Notes: a model not told the origin generated them from the sequence alone. A stretch of 64,000 nt of DNA from Thermoanaerobaculia bacterium (GCA_039918595.1 JBDSHF010000028.1:5370-69369), one strand, 5' to 3'; positions 43,264 through 53,264 are shown, numbered from the stretch's first letter. Numbers and translations: made by a program.

Positions 43264-45702
43264 TTACGTCCTCACACCCAGGAACAGATAGCCCGCGAGC
43301 AGCGAGAAGACCGCTCCAGGGCTCCAGACCGCCACGATCGGCGGCAGGGCGCCCGCCGCGCCGAGCTTGGTGAAGAAGGCGTAGATCGCCAGAAAGGCGA
43401 AGCCCAGGACCAGGGAGAGCCCGATGCCGTAGAGCGCCCCCTGCCGCCCGAGGCGGAAGGCGAAGGGGAGGGCGACCAGCGACATGATCAGCGAGGCCAC
43501 GGGCAGCGCGATTTTGTCCTCCAGCTCGACCTCCAACTCGGGGACCGACTGGCCGCTCTCCTTCAGCTCCTGAATGTACCCCTTGAGCTCGCCGTAGCGC
43601 ATCTGCTCCGGGGGGCGGATCTCGGAGTCGAAGTAGGCCGGCGTCTCGGGATAGCGGACGATCTTCGGCTCCTTGAACCGCGCGTAGCTGGTGACGTCCA
43701 CCCCTTTGAACGAGCGTGCCCAGCCGTTGTTGAACACCCAGGCGTCGCCGATGTAGTGGGCCTCCTCGGTGAAGAGGCGGCGCGTCAGCCGGTGCTGATC
43801 GTCGAAGTCGAACACCTGCAACCGCTGCAGACTCGCCCGCGCCGGGTCGTAGTGGGTGTAGTTGTAGATATACCGCCCTTGGCCGAAGAGCCACTGGCGA
43901 TCGGCGCGCCGGTAGGTGCGGGCGGTCTCCCGGCCGTGAATCTGGTCCTTGAGCTTCGCCACCTTCTCGTTCGAGGCCGGCAGGATCGCCGACTCCAGAT
44001 AGCCGCAGAAGAGGCTCACCAGCAGCGCCGAGAACACCGCCGGCAGAGCGATGCGGTAGAGGCTCAACCCCAGCGACTTGCAGGCGGTGATCTCGTTCGT
44101 CCGCGCCAGCAGGCTGAAGGTCAGCAGCGTCGAGACCAGGATCACGATCGGGGCGATCTCGTAGAACATTTGCAGCGACAGGTACTTGTAATAGCTCAGC
44201 AGCACCCCGGTAGCGACCTTGTTTTTCAGCAGCTCGTCGAAGTTCTCCGACAGGTCGAAGATGATGACGAGAGCGAGCCCGGAGAGGACGACCAGCACGA
44301 AGACCCAGCCGAACAGCCGCGCAACATAGCGGTCGAGGAGGTTCGGGAAGACGATTCGCAGGCGGGGGAGGAGGAACACCAGCCGCGGGATGCGGGCCTC
44401 GGTCTGCTTCTTCGGGCGCTCGGCCCTGCGGCGCTGCCGCTCCGCCCTGAGCTCCCGCCGCCGTTCCCGGCGGATCCCCTTGAGGGCCTGGATCCCCCCC
44501 CAGACGTCCTCCCGGATCCAGCGGTCGATGCGGGTCAGCAGCAGGCTCTTGTCCCGGTTGCGCCGGATCAGGAGGAAGACTCCGAGGGTTGCCAGCAGGA
44601 TGTTCGGCGACCACATCGCCAGCCAGGCCGGGATCTTGCCGAAGCGCGCCGCTTCCTCGCCGTTGTTGAGCAGAACGTAGTAGACGATCAGGATGGCGAT
44701 CGACAGCGCGAAGCCGGAAGCCTTGCCGCCGCGGCGGTTGTTGATCCCCAGCGGCAGGGCGAAGAGCCCGAAGACCATGCAGGCGACCGGGATCGCGAAC
44801 TTCTTGTGGATCTCGACCCGGGCGAGGTTGCGCTGCTCGGAGTCGGTCGCGGAGTCGCGCTCGAGGTCGCGGAGCTCCCGGAGGTTAAGCTCGCGAATCC
44901 CCTTGGACGCCGAGATCTTGGCCTTCTGCCCGGTGGTGAACTGGTCGTCGAGGACGAGGTCGAGCCGCCGGTGGCGGCTGATCTCATAGCGGTCGGGGGA
45001 GTAGAGGTCCACCTTCTGCTGGATGGCGTTGTACAGCCGCAGGACCACCCGTTCGCCGGCCTGGTCGACCAGGATCTCCCCCCAGTCCGCGGTGGTGATC
45101 TGATTCCGCTCGCTCGACGGGATCGACTCGGCGAGGAAGACCCCCTTCCATCGTTTGCCGCCGGGGGGGACCTCGAAGACATAGACGACCTTGCCCTCCC
45201 ATTCCTCGTAGAACACCCGCGGCTCGACCTGCTGCGACACCGTCTGGGTGGTGATCTCGAGCCGCAGTTCCTGGAGGGAATGGTTGCCCCAGGGGAGCAC
45301 GTAGATCATCAGCAGCGCGTTGAGGACGGTCAGCACCCCGGAGAGCAGCAGGATGGGCCGGTAGAGGGTCAGCAGGCTCACCCCCGAGGCCCGCATGGCG
45401 ATCAGCTCGCTGTCGGACGACAGCCGGCCGACCGCGATCAGGGTGCCGAACAGGAGCGACATCGGGAGGGTGAGGACGACGATGTTTGGCAGGGTCAGCA
45501 GCAGGAGCCGGCCGACGATCGACACCGGCAGTCCGCGGCGGATGATCATCTCGGCGGACGCGAAGAGAAAGCGCAGGAGCAGGATGAAGGTATAGACCAG
45601 GAACCCCAGCCCGAGGGGGCCGAGGATCTCCGTCATCAGGTAGCGATCGAGCTTCCGCACGGGCGTCACTATACCTTGGGAAAGATATAGTGGGACAGCC
45701 AT
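43264..45702 (-). CDS. lptFG: Fused LptF-LptG (YjgP/YjgQ family) LPS-export permease.
   Basis: Two consecutive YjgP/YjgQ halves (LDRYLMTEILGP... and LLDRYVARLFGWV...) joined by an Arg-rich linker without a stop codon. Confidence 0.8.
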   Translation of the reverse strand: MAVPLYLSQGIVTPVRKLDRYLMTEILGPLGLGFLVYTFILLLRFLFASAEMIIRRGLPVSIVGRLLLLTLPNIVVLTLPMSLLFGTLIAVGRLSSDSELIAMRASGVSLLTLYRPILLLSGVLTVLNALLMIYVLPWGNHSLQELRLEITTQTVSQQVEPRVFYEEWEGKVVYVFEVPPGGKRWKGVFLAESIPSSERNQITTADWGEILVDQAGERVVLRLYNAIQQKVDLYSPDRYEISRHRRLDLVLDDQFTTGQKAKISASKGIRELNLRELRDLERDSATDSEQRNLARVEIHKKFAIPVACMVFGLFALPLGINNRRGGKASGFALSIAILIVYYVLLNNGEEAARFGKIPAWLAMWSPNILLATLGVFLLIRRNRDKSLLLTRIDRWIREDVWGGIQALKGIRRERRRELRAERQRRRAERPKKQTEARIPRLVFLLPRLRIVFPNLLDRYVARLFGWVFVLVVLSGLALVIIFDLSENFDELLKNKVATGVLLSYYKYLSLQMFYEIAPIVILVSTLLTFSLLARTNEITACKSLGLSLYRIALPAVFSALLVSLFCGYLESAILPASNEKVAKLKDQIHGRETARTYRRADRQWLFGQGRYIYNYTHYDPARASLQRLQVFDFDDQHRLTRRLFTEEAHYIGDAWVFNNGWARSFKGVDVTSYARFKEPKIVRYPETPAYFDSEIRPPEQMRYGELKGYIQELKESGQSVPELEVELEDKIALPVASLIMSLVALPFAFRLGRQGALYGIGLSLVLGFAFLAIYAFFTKLGAAGALPPIVAVWSPGAVFSLLAGYLFLGVRT

Positions 45703-46120
45703 GAAGATCGCCCTCGAACGCCGCTATCGATTCAGCGCCAGCCACCTGTACCGCCGCCCGGATTGGAGCGAGGCCGAGAACCGGACCCGCTTCGGCAAAT
45801 GCGCCAACCTGCCGGGGCACGGCCACAACTACCGCCTGTACGTCACCGTGGGCGGGGAGATCGACCCGGCCACCGGCTTCGTGGTCGACCTCGGCGCGCT
45901 CGATGCGCTGGTCCAGGAGCGCGTCGTCGAGCGGCTCGACCATCAGCACCTCAACGCCGCGCTGCCGGAATTCGGAGCCGGGGGAGCGATCCCTTCCAGC
46001 GAGAATCTCGTCCGCTGGATCTACGAGCAGCTCGCGGACCGGCTGCCGTCCGGCAGCCACCTGGCAAAGCTCCGCCTCGAAGAAGACGAAGACCTCGCCG
46101 CCGAGTGGACCGCCGGCTGA
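45701..46120 (+). CDS. queD: 6-carboxy-5,6,7,8-tetrahydropterin synthase (6-pyruvoyl-tetrahydropterin synthase family).
   Basis: RYRFSASHLYRR...CANLPGHGHNYRLYVTVGGEIDPATGFVVDLGALDALV. Confidence 0.85.
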   Translation: MKIALERRYRFSASHLYRRPDWSEAENRTRFGKCANLPGHGHNYRLYVTVGGEIDPATGFVVDLGALDALVQERVVERLDHQHLNAALPEFGAGGAIPSSENLVRWIYEQLADRLPSGSHLAKLRLEEDEDLAAEWTAG

Positions 46121-46208
46121 GAAGCCGATGGCCAAATGCCGGCTCGGTCGCGGCCGTATATTAACATAATACACCTTATCGGCTTTTTGTGTGTGGCGGG
46201 GAAACCCC

Positions 46209-46319
46209 GGACGAACAGGGACGGACAAGGACGGACAAGGACTAACAGGACAATCAGAGACTCCAGGATCTGGCGTCCCTGATCGTCCTTGTTAGTCCCT
46301 GTTCGTCCGTGATTTTCTT
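46209..46319 (+). terminator. Long imperfect hairpin with a tandem GGAC(A/T)AGGA-type repeat in one arm, ending in a U-tract (gattttctt). Terminator or small-RNA 3' end for queD.
   Basis: Arms ggacgaacaggga...tccctgttcgtcc and ggactaacagga/tccttgttagtcc. Upstream AT-rich tatattaacataata at 46150-46165. Confidence 0.5.
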
Positions 46320-47205
46320 AGGAGGGGTTCTGGCGCAGATCCGCCAGGATCTGTTCGAGGGCTCTGATCAGGTCTTCGGGATCGACCTCGCTCTGCCGGA
46401 AGCTCAGCGACAGACTGAACGTCCGGTCCGGCGCCTTGAAGCGGAAGACGTACGGCTTGCGGCGGCCGGACTTGCCCCCCTTGTCGCCGCGCCGCAGGCG
46501 CTGGCGGAGGTCGTCTCGGTTGAGGCCGCGGCGGGCCACCTCTTCCAGGAGGTCGATCATCTCCCCCTCGCTGCCAGCCTTCAGCACCTCCAGCAGCAGC
46601 GACTTTGAAGTGATCCCCAGCGCCTGGACGGTGTCGCGTACCCGTGGCGGCATCTGCAGCAGCGACAGGCTTTCGGTGACCACCGTGCGTGATTTGCCGA
46701 CCGAGTCCGAGATCTCCTCGTGGGTGTAGCCATGGCTTTCGGCGAGCATCCGGTACCCCTCGGCCTCCTCGAACGGGGTCAGATCCTTGCGCTGGAGATT
46801 CTCGATCAGGGCGATCTCAAGCGCTTCCTCGTCGGTTACGTCCATCTCGATCGCCGGCACCTCGTACAATCCAGCTTCCTGAGCCGCGCGGTAGCGCCGC
46901 TCGCCGGAGATGATCCGGTACAGGATGCCGCTGCCGGCTTCAATCGCTCCGAGATCGCCGCCCGGCGGCCAGGGGCGGACCAGGATCGGCTCCAGAATTC
47001 CTTTGTCACGAATGGAAGCTACGAGGTCGTCCAGATCGCCCATGGTCGAGCGCGGCTGCTTCGGGTCGGGCTCGATGGCGGACAGGGGGATCATCTTCCC
47101 CACCGGTGTCTCGTGACGCGCCGTGAGCTCCTCGACGAAGTGGGTGTCGTGACGCATCTTGACGCGCATGGGAAGGCCACCACGCTTGCGGACCGGTTCA
47201 GACAC
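46318..47205 (-). CDS. parB: Chromosome partitioning protein ParB/Spo0J.
   Basis: IPLSAIEPDPKQPRSTMGDLDDLVASIRDKGILEPILVRP ParB box and an HTH. Confidence 0.9.
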   Translation of the reverse strand: MSEPVRKRGGLPMRVKMRHDTHFVEELTARHETPVGKMIPLSAIEPDPKQPRSTMGDLDDLVASIRDKGILEPILVRPWPPGGDLGAIEAGSGILYRIISGERRYRAAQEAGLYEVPAIEMDVTDEEALEIALIENLQRKDLTPFEEAEGYRMLAESHGYTHEEISDSVGKSRTVVTESLSLLQMPPRVRDTVQALGITSKSLLLEVLKAGSEGEMIDLLEEVARRGLNRDDLRQRLRRGDKGGKSGRRKPYVFRFKAPDRTFSLSLSFRQSEVDPEDLIRALEQILADLRQNPS

Positions 47206-47956
47206 GGCTCAACACCTCCTCCGAAAGACGATAGTACTCATAGGCTCCCGTCGACCTGGGCGCGAAGGTGAAGATCGACTCCCGATAGGCCGGGCTCTCC
47301 TCCAGCCGCACGCTCTTGGTGATCACCGTCTCGAAAACCTTGACGCCGAACACCCGCTGGATCTGCTCGTAGATGTCCTTGGCCAGCAGGGTCCGCTTGT
47401 CGTACATCGTGATCAGGGCCCCCAGGATCTGGAGCTGGGGGTTGGCCCGCACCTTGATCTTGTCGATCGTCTCCAGGAGATCGTCCGTTCCCTCCAGGGC
47501 GAAGTAGCTCGCCTGGATCGGGATCAGGACATGGGTTGCCGCTACCAGGGCATTCACCGTGATGATCCCCAGGGTCGGCGGCGTGTCGATGATGACGTAA
47601 TCGAAGTCGTCCTGGATGCGCTGGAGCTCGTCCTTCAGCCGGTAGTGGCTGTCCAGCTCGCCGATGAGCTTCGCCTCGACCTTGGCCAGGGCGATCGTCG
47701 AAGGGGCGATGTAGAGGTTTTCAATCTTCTCCGCCGGCCTGAGGATGTCCGAGAGGTGGACCTGATCATCGGTCAGGGCGTCGTAGATCGACATCCGTAG
47801 ATCGTGGATGTCGAGATAGGACATGGAGCTGTTGGCCTGGGGATCGAGATCCACCAGAAGCGTCTTCCTCCCCTTGCTGGCGAGGGCCGCGGCGAGGTTG
47901 ATGGCGGTGGTGGTCTTGCCGACTCCACCCTTCTGATTGGTGATGGCAATGATCAT
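47198..47956 (-). CDS. parA: Chromosome partitioning ATPase ParA/Soj.
   Basis: MIIAITNQKGGVGKTTTAINLAAALA deviant Walker A. Confidence 0.9.
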   Translation of the reverse strand: MIIAITNQKGGVGKTTTAINLAAALASKGRKTLLVDLDPQANSSMSYLDIHDLRMSIYDALTDDQVHLSDILRPAEKIENLYIAPSTIALAKVEAKLIGELDSHYRLKDELQRIQDDFDYVIIDTPPTLGIITVNALVAATHVLIPIQASYFALEGTDDLLETIDKIKVRANPQLQILGALITMYDKRTLLAKDIYEQIQRVFGVKVFETVITKSVRLEESPAYRESIFTFAPRSTGAYEYYRLSEEVLSRV

Positions 47957-48011
47957 AGGAGGGGGGCAGTCTAAGGAAAGGCTCCGACCAGGTCAAGCGA
48001 GCACCGGCGCG

Positions 48012-48035
48012 ATGTCGGCGCGCCGACATTGCGGG
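48012..48035. promoter_or_regulatory. 18-bp perfect palindrome ATGTCGGCGCGCCGACAT followed by TGCGGG, ~55 bp upstream of parA. A second copy lies at 62997-63020.
   Basis: Exact palindrome read from the sequence. Its position in the parAB promoter region suggests an operator. Confidence 0.5.
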
Positions 48036-48080
48036 TAAATGCATGATTTTTCGAGAGTTCCGGCCGCGGACGCCCCCTCA

Positions 48081-48581
48081 TCACATGGTCCACTTGCCGA
48101 GATCGTCGGGGCTGATCTCCTCGAGCCATTTCTTGAGCTTCTCTTCGTCGGTCGCGTCGGTCACGAGATCGACCGCCTGGGCCTTGTCGAGCACGGAGCG
48201 CAGGACGAAGATCGGCGAGCCGGTCCGCAGGGCGAGGGCAATGGCGTCGCTCGGCCGGGCATCGACGGTCGTGGCGCGCTCCTGGTTACGGATATGGATC
48301 ATGGCGAAGAAGGTGCTCTCCCGCAGGTCGGAGATCACGATCTTCTCGACCTGGCCGCCGAGCTGCTCGAGCAGCGAGCGCAGCAGGTCGTGGGTCATCG
48401 GCCGGGGGGGTTCCACTCCCTCGATGCGAAGCGCGATGGCGTTCGCCTCGAAGACGCCGATCCAGATCGGCAGGAACAACTGACTCCCGATGTCCCGGAG
48501 AATGACGATCGGGACGTTCGACGAGGGGTCCAGCATCAACCCCTTCACTTCCACCTGGAGCTCTTCGTTTGGGTTGCTCAT
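48081..48581 (-). CDS. Bifunctional nuclease family protein (DUF151/BFN domain).
   Basis: VPIVILRDIGSQLFLPIWIGVFEANAIALRIEGVEPPRPMTHDLL...RPSDAIALALRTGSPIFV matches the DUF151 pattern. Confidence 0.7.
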   Translation of the reverse strand: MSNPNEELQVEVKGLMLDPSSNVPIVILRDIGSQLFLPIWIGVFEANAIALRIEGVEPPRPMTHDLLRSLLEQLGGQVEKIVISDLRESTFFAMIHIRNQERATTVDARPSDAIALALRTGSPIFVLRSVLDKAQAVDLVTDATDEEKLKKWLEEISPDDLGKWTM

Positions 48582-48625
48582 GCCCTATTCTGGGCGCGGG
48601 CAACGGGGCAGGTCAAGGACGGATT

Positions 48626-49966
48626 TCAGGAGGGGGCGAGGACTGGAACCGGCAGGCGCCGGCCGAGCAGGCTGTGTGGCAGAGCGGTCTCCACTTGGAC
48701 GCGGGTGACGCTGCCCAGGAGCGCCGGCTCGGGGCCGGTCGCGAAGTGGACCACGCGGTGGCAGGGGGTACGGCCGGTCTGGGTCCCCGGCTGCTTCCCC
48801 CACCCCGTCACGATCACCTCGAGCTCCTCCCCCACCAGCTCCCGGTTGATCTCTTCCTGGATCCCGTTCTGAAGCTGGAAGAGGCGCTGCAGCCGCTCGG
48901 AGGCGACCTCCGGTTGGACCGGGTCGCTCAGGCGCGGCGCCGCGGTGCCCGGCCGCGGCGAGTACATGAAGGCGTACATCGCGGCGAAGCGCACCTCGCG
49001 CACCAGCTCGAGGGTGCTCTCGAAGTCTTCTTCCGTCTCGCCCGGAAAGCCGACGATGAGATCGGTCGAGAGCGCCAGGTCGGGCCGCGCCCGGCGGAGC
49101 TGCCCGACGAGGTCGAGATACTCGCCACGGGTATAGCCGCGCCCCATGCGGCGCAGCACGCGGTCGGAGCCGGACTGCACGGGCAGATGCAGGTAGGGGC
49201 AGATGTTGGAGTGGCGCCCGATCTGCTCCACCATTCGCGGCGTGAAGTCGCGCGGATAGGAGGTGACGAAGCGCAGCCGCTGTACGCCCGGCATGCGGGC
49301 GATCTGGTCGAGAAGGTCGGCGAAGTCCCAGTCCCCCTCCGGCTCGCGCCAGTGGTTGACGGTCTGGCCCAGCAGCTCGATCTCCTGGAAGCCGTAGTCG
49401 AGGAGGTGCCGGACCTCGCGCAGGATTTCGGCGCTCGGCCGGCTCCGCTCGGGGCCGCGGGTCTTGGGGACGATGCAGAAGGTGCAGTTCTTGTTGCACC
49501 CTTCGATGATCGTCACCATCCCCTTGTACTCCCCGGCCCGGGAAACCGCGTCGATGTCGTACTGGCGGTTCTCCGGGAAGCCGGTCGCCACCACCCGCTC
49601 CCCCGCCCGGCGGCGCGCCACCACATCCTGCAGCTCGCCGACGCGCGCCGGCCCGAGCACGAAGTCGAGATCCGGCACCCGCTCGAGAGCTTTCTCCCCC
49701 TCCTGCTGGGCGACGCAGCCGCAGAGGCCGATCAGCAAGTCGCCGCGATTCCGCTTGAGCTGCCGGTACTCCCCCAGCCGCGAGTAGACCTTCTGCGCCG
49801 CTTTCTCGCGCACGCTGCAGGAGTTGAGAAGGATGATGTCCGCCTCTTCCGGCTCGCGGGTGGGGAGGATTCCCTGCTGCATGAGCTGACCCGCCATGCG
49901 CTGGGTATCCAGCTCGTTCATCTGGCAGCCCCAGGTCTCGATGAAGAAGCGGCGGGGGGGATTCAT
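48626..49966 (-). CDS. miaB: tRNA-i6A37 methylthiotransferase MiaB (radical SAM, TRAM domain).
   Basis: FFIETWGCQMNELDTQRM, CxxxCxxC radical-SAM motif CNKNCTFC, and a C-terminal TRAM domain. Confidence 0.85.
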   Translation of the reverse strand: MNPPRRFFIETWGCQMNELDTQRMAGQLMQQGILPTREPEEADIILLNSCSVREKAAQKVYSRLGEYRQLKRNRGDLLIGLCGCVAQQEGEKALERVPDLDFVLGPARVGELQDVVARRRAGERVVATGFPENRQYDIDAVSRAGEYKGMVTIIEGCNKNCTFCIVPKTRGPERSRPSAEILREVRHLLDYGFQEIELLGQTVNHWREPEGDWDFADLLDQIARMPGVQRLRFVTSYPRDFTPRMVEQIGRHSNICPYLHLPVQSGSDRVLRRMGRGYTRGEYLDLVGQLRRARPDLALSTDLIVGFPGETEEDFESTLELVREVRFAAMYAFMYSPRPGTAAPRLSDPVQPEVASERLQRLFQLQNGIQEEINRELVGEELEVIVTGWGKQPGTQTGRTPCHRVVHFATGPEPALLGSVTRVQVETALPHSLLGRRLPVPVLAPS

Positions 49967-50853
49967 CAGCGGCCTCGAAGGCTCGGAGGTGGGGACTTGA
50001 TGCTGTCGTTCTCGATCACCGGCGGCTCGATCGACTGCAGGGCCGGCACCGGCTCTTTCCGCTTGCCGCTCTCGTCCGCGGGCTCCTCTTCAGACCCTTC
50101 GTCCAGCCAGCCGGGCTGGGCGCCGGCGGCCCGCCCCTCCTCGAGGAACTTGGCGAGGTCCCGGCGGGCGGTGTCGACGTCGAGCCGCGCCTGCCGCAGA
50201 CGGTCGAGAACCCGGTCCCAATCCGGCTTGACCTGGGTGTCGCGCAGGAAGGTATCGGTCTCGCCGTAGAACTTCTGGCGCAGCTCGGCGGACTTCCGCT
50301 CCAGCTCCTTGACCTCGTCGGCCACGTGGCGCCAGCTCTCGCGGAGCTGGCGAGCCCGGCTGCGCCAGTGCTGCTCGTCGCGGGCTTCGGCCTCGGCGGC
50401 CGCGACCAGCGGGCTCGCCGTTTTGGTCTTGTTCTTGTCTTTCTTCGTGTCGGCGATGGTGATCTGCCCCTTGCTCGCGTACCTGGGCAAGGTTTTGTCG
50501 TTGATCACCACGCTCGATTTCTTGCCGGCGCCGGCGCGCCGCTGCCGTTCGGCGTGAGCGGCTTCGAACAGGGTGGCCGGCGCCAAGGCGGCGTCCTCCA
50601 CACCGGCATCGACGACCACCGGCGCGGCGTCCCCCGTCTTCTCGCGCGCGGCGGCGATCTCGACCGGTGCCGGAGCCTGGGGCGGCGCGTCGGCGGTGGC
50701 GGCGGGAGCCGGCTGCTCTTTCGGCGCCTCAGGGGCCTTGGAACGGGTGACCGGCTGGGGGGCGCTACGGCATCCCGCGATGCTGAGCGTGACGCCCAGG
50801 GCCAGGAGGGCCGCGATCAACAGGGCGATGCGGAACGATCTAAGCTCGGCCAT
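49966..50853 (-). CDS. Lipoprotein or secreted coiled-coil protein (hypothetical).
   Basis: Signal/lipobox LLALGVTLSIAGC. Ala/Pro-rich linker. Charged coiled-coil C-terminal region. Confidence 0.55.
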   Translation of the reverse strand: MAELRSFRIALLIAALLALGVTLSIAGCRSAPQPVTRSKAPEAPKEQPAPAATADAPPQAPAPVEIAAAREKTGDAAPVVVDAGVEDAALAPATLFEAAHAERQRRAGAGKKSSVVINDKTLPRYASKGQITIADTKKDKNKTKTASPLVAAAEAEARDEQHWRSRARQLRESWRHVADEVKELERKSAELRQKFYGETDTFLRDTQVKPDWDRVLDRLRQARLDVDTARRDLAKFLEEGRAAGAQPGWLDEGSEEEPADESGKRKEPVPALQSIEPPVIENDSIKSPPPSLRGR

Positions 50854-51193
50854 AACGATCCTCGAGTCTCACCACGTCGTCGAGCTCCGGGGTGGAGACC
50901 TCGATGATGTCGCAGCCGTTCTCGCCCGCGACCATCCGGTGCTTGGTTCCGGGCGTGATGCGGTAGGAATCCCCGCCGCGGAGGACGGTGCTGACCAGCG
51001 CGCCCTCCTCCTCCACCACCAGCTCCACCTCCCCCTCGGAGAGGTAGAGGGTCTCGTCCTTGATCTCATGGTACTGAAGCGAGAGCGCCTCTCCGGCGTT
51101 GACGTGCAGGATCTTTCCGACGTAGCGGTCGGTATGGGCGAAGATCAGCTCGTAGCCCCAGGGCTTCTCCACTCGGCGAATCGGCAAACGCAT
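50840..51193 (-). CDS. Cupin-domain protein (mannose-6-phosphate-isomerase type II-like).
   Basis: PWGYELIFAHTDRYVGKILHVNAGEALSLQYHEIKDETLYLSEGEVEL cupin motifs. It is the C-terminal part of the 609-aa ORF in the track; the remainder of that ORF is an out-of-frame overlap of ptsI. Confidence 0.65.
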   Translation of the reverse strand: MRLPIRRVEKPWGYELIFAHTDRYVGKILHVNAGEALSLQYHEIKDETLYLSEGEVELVVEEEGALVSTVLRGGDSYRITPGTKHRMVAGENGCDIIEVSTPELDDVVRLEDRYGRA

Positions 51194-51219
51194 TGCAAGT
51201 CCCTCTCGGAAGTCGATTT

Positions 51220-52995
51220 CTAGACGCCGGATGCGCTCACCCGCAAGGGTAGGGAGCACTCGAAGTAACGGCTCATGTGGCGCTCCACCTCGGCGGCGGT
51301 GCTGTGCTCCATGCACCCCTCGACGAGCTCGGCCAAGCCGGACGCGGTCGCCTCGCGGAGCCAGCTCTTGACCTCGGGGATCTGGCGCGGGCTCATCGAG
51401 AGGCGCCGCAGCCCCAGGCCCACCAGCAGCAGCGCGAAGCGCGGATCCGCGGCCATCTCGCCGCAGAGCCCCACCTCGATTCCCGCCGCTCGAGCGCTGT
51501 CGATGACAAAGCGTAACATGCGCAGAATCGCCGGATGCAGCGGCTGATAGAGGCTCGCCACGTGCTCGTTGTTGCGGTCGACCGCCATCGAGTACTGGAT
51601 GAGGTCGTTGGTGCCGATCGAGAAGAAGTCGACCTCGCGCGCCAGGATGTCGGCGATGACGGCGGCGGCGGGGACCTCGATCATGACGCCGAGCCGCACG
51701 TCGCGGCGGAAGGGCAGCCCCTCCCGCTCGAGCTCGGCCATGACCTCGTCGGCGAAGGCGCGGAACTGCCGCACCTCCTCGACGGTGCTCACCAGCGGCA
51801 GCATGATCCAGAGATTGCCGTACAGCCCGGCGCGATAGAGCGCCCGGATCTGGCTGCGGAAGACCTCCGGACGCGCCAGGGTCAGGCGGATGCCGCGCAG
51901 CCCCAGGACCGGGTTCTCCTCGCGCGTCGCCATCATCTCGCGCGCCAGCTTGCGCCCTCCCAGATCGTAGGTGCGGATGATCGCCGGGTGGGGCGCCGCG
52001 AACTCGACCAGGCGGCGGTAGATCTGGACGTGCTCCTCCTCGGTCGGCATCTGCGGGCTCTTCTCGATGTAGAGGAACTCGCTGCGGTAGAGGCCGACGC
52101 CGGCGGCGCCGAACATCGGCACCTCGTCGACCTCCTCGGGGAGGTCGATGTTGGCCATGAGCTGGACCTCGACCCCGTCCCGGGTCACCGCCGCGAGCTC
52201 GGCGGTCGCCAGCAGGTCGCGATCGCGGAGCTCGATCTCGATCTTGCGCTTGCGGTACTGCTGGAGCACCTCTTCGGTGGGATAGAGGATCACCGAGCCG
52301 GTCTCGCCGTCGACGATGATCGGGGCCTCGTCGCGCATCATGCTCATCACCCCCACCAGGCCGGCCACGGCCGGGATGTTGAGGGAACGGGCGATGATCG
52401 TGGTGTGCGAGGTCCGGCCGCCGGAGCCGATGGCGAAGCCGATCACCCGTTCGCGGCCGAGACGGATGGCGTCGGAGGGGGTGAGGTCGTCGGCCACGAT
52501 GACGATGTCCGCCGGCAACTCGGAGAGATCGTGATGGGCGATCCCCTGCAGGCTGCGCAGCAGGTGGCGGCTGACGTCGGTCAGATCCTCGCTGCGCTCG
52601 CGGATGTAAGGGTCGTCCATGTGCGCGAAGCGGTGGTCGAGCTCCTCGGCGGTCTTGTGCACCGCCCACTCGGCATTGACCTGCTGGGTGCGGATCCGCT
52701 CCTCCACCCGGCCCAGGAACTTGACGTCCGAAAGCAGGAGGACATGGGCGTCGAAGATGGCGGCGAGGTCGTTGCCAAGGTCTTCCTCGGCCCGCGCGCG
52801 CAGGCGCTGCAGCTCGCCGCGGGCATGGCGGGCCCCCTCGCGCAGGCGGGCGACCTCCCCTTCCACCTGGGATTCGGGAATGTGGAGGCGGAAGACCTCC
52901 GGGCCGCGGGTCTCCAGACAGACGGCGCGGCCGATGGCGATGCCGTCGGAGACCCCCATTCCCTGTAGGACCTGCATCGGCTCGGCTGCCCGCAT
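51220..52995 (-). CDS. ptsI: Phosphoenolpyruvate-protein phosphotransferase (PTS enzyme I).
   Basis: N-terminal HPr-binding domain, phosphohistidine domain and PEP-utilising C-terminal domain. Length 591 aa. Confidence 0.9.
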   Translation of the reverse strand: MRAAEPMQVLQGMGVSDGIAIGRAVCLETRGPEVFRLHIPESQVEGEVARLREGARHARGELQRLRARAEEDLGNDLAAIFDAHVLLLSDVKFLGRVEERIRTQQVNAEWAVHKTAEELDHRFAHMDDPYIRERSEDLTDVSRHLLRSLQGIAHHDLSELPADIVIVADDLTPSDAIRLGRERVIGFAIGSGGRTSHTTIIARSLNIPAVAGLVGVMSMMRDEAPIIVDGETGSVILYPTEEVLQQYRKRKIEIELRDRDLLATAELAAVTRDGVEVQLMANIDLPEEVDEVPMFGAAGVGLYRSEFLYIEKSPQMPTEEEHVQIYRRLVEFAAPHPAIIRTYDLGGRKLAREMMATREENPVLGLRGIRLTLARPEVFRSQIRALYRAGLYGNLWIMLPLVSTVEEVRQFRAFADEVMAELEREGLPFRRDVRLGVMIEVPAAAVIADILAREVDFFSIGTNDLIQYSMAVDRNNEHVASLYQPLHPAILRMLRFVIDSARAAGIEVGLCGEMAADPRFALLLVGLGLRRLSMSPRQIPEVKSWLREATASGLAELVEGCMEHSTAAEVERHMSRYFECSLPLRVSASGV

Positions 52996-53264
52996 CAGCT
53001 CTCCTCGTCGAATCGATTGGCGATGAGCGTCGTCACGGCCCGCACGGCGTCTTCCTCGTCCTGCCCCTCGGCGCGGACGGTCACCTGGCTCCCCTGACCC
53101 GCCGCCAGCAGGAGAATGCCGAGGATGCTCTTGGCGTCGACCTCCTCGCCGTCTTTCACCACCGTGATCCGGCTCTGGAAGTTACCGGCGGTGTGCACCA
53201 GCTTGGCGGCCGCCCGCGCGTGCAGGCCCAGCCGGTTGACGATCTCCGTCTGGCGCTCGATCAT
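52995..53264 (-). CDS. ptsH: Phosphocarrier protein HPr; start trimmed to MIERQTEIV (89 aa).
   Basis: GLHARAAAKLV with the active-site His. The regulatory Ser in VDAKSILGIL is a HprK substrate motif. Confidence 0.85.
   Translation of the reverse strand: MIERQTEIVNRLGLHARAAAKLVHTAGNFQSRITVVKDGEEVDAKSILGILLLAAGQGSQVTVRAEGQDEEDAVRAVTTLIANRFDEES

Noticed and set aside
46121-46317. parS site near parB
   Set aside because: No match to the tGTTTCACGTGAAACa consensus. The palindromes present here are different sequences.
50840-52669. 609-aa ORF on the minus strand
   Set aside because: Only its last 117 codons (cupin, 50840-51193) are a real gene. The rest is an out-of-frame overlap of ptsI (51220-52995) with Arg/Pro-rich GC-artefact composition.
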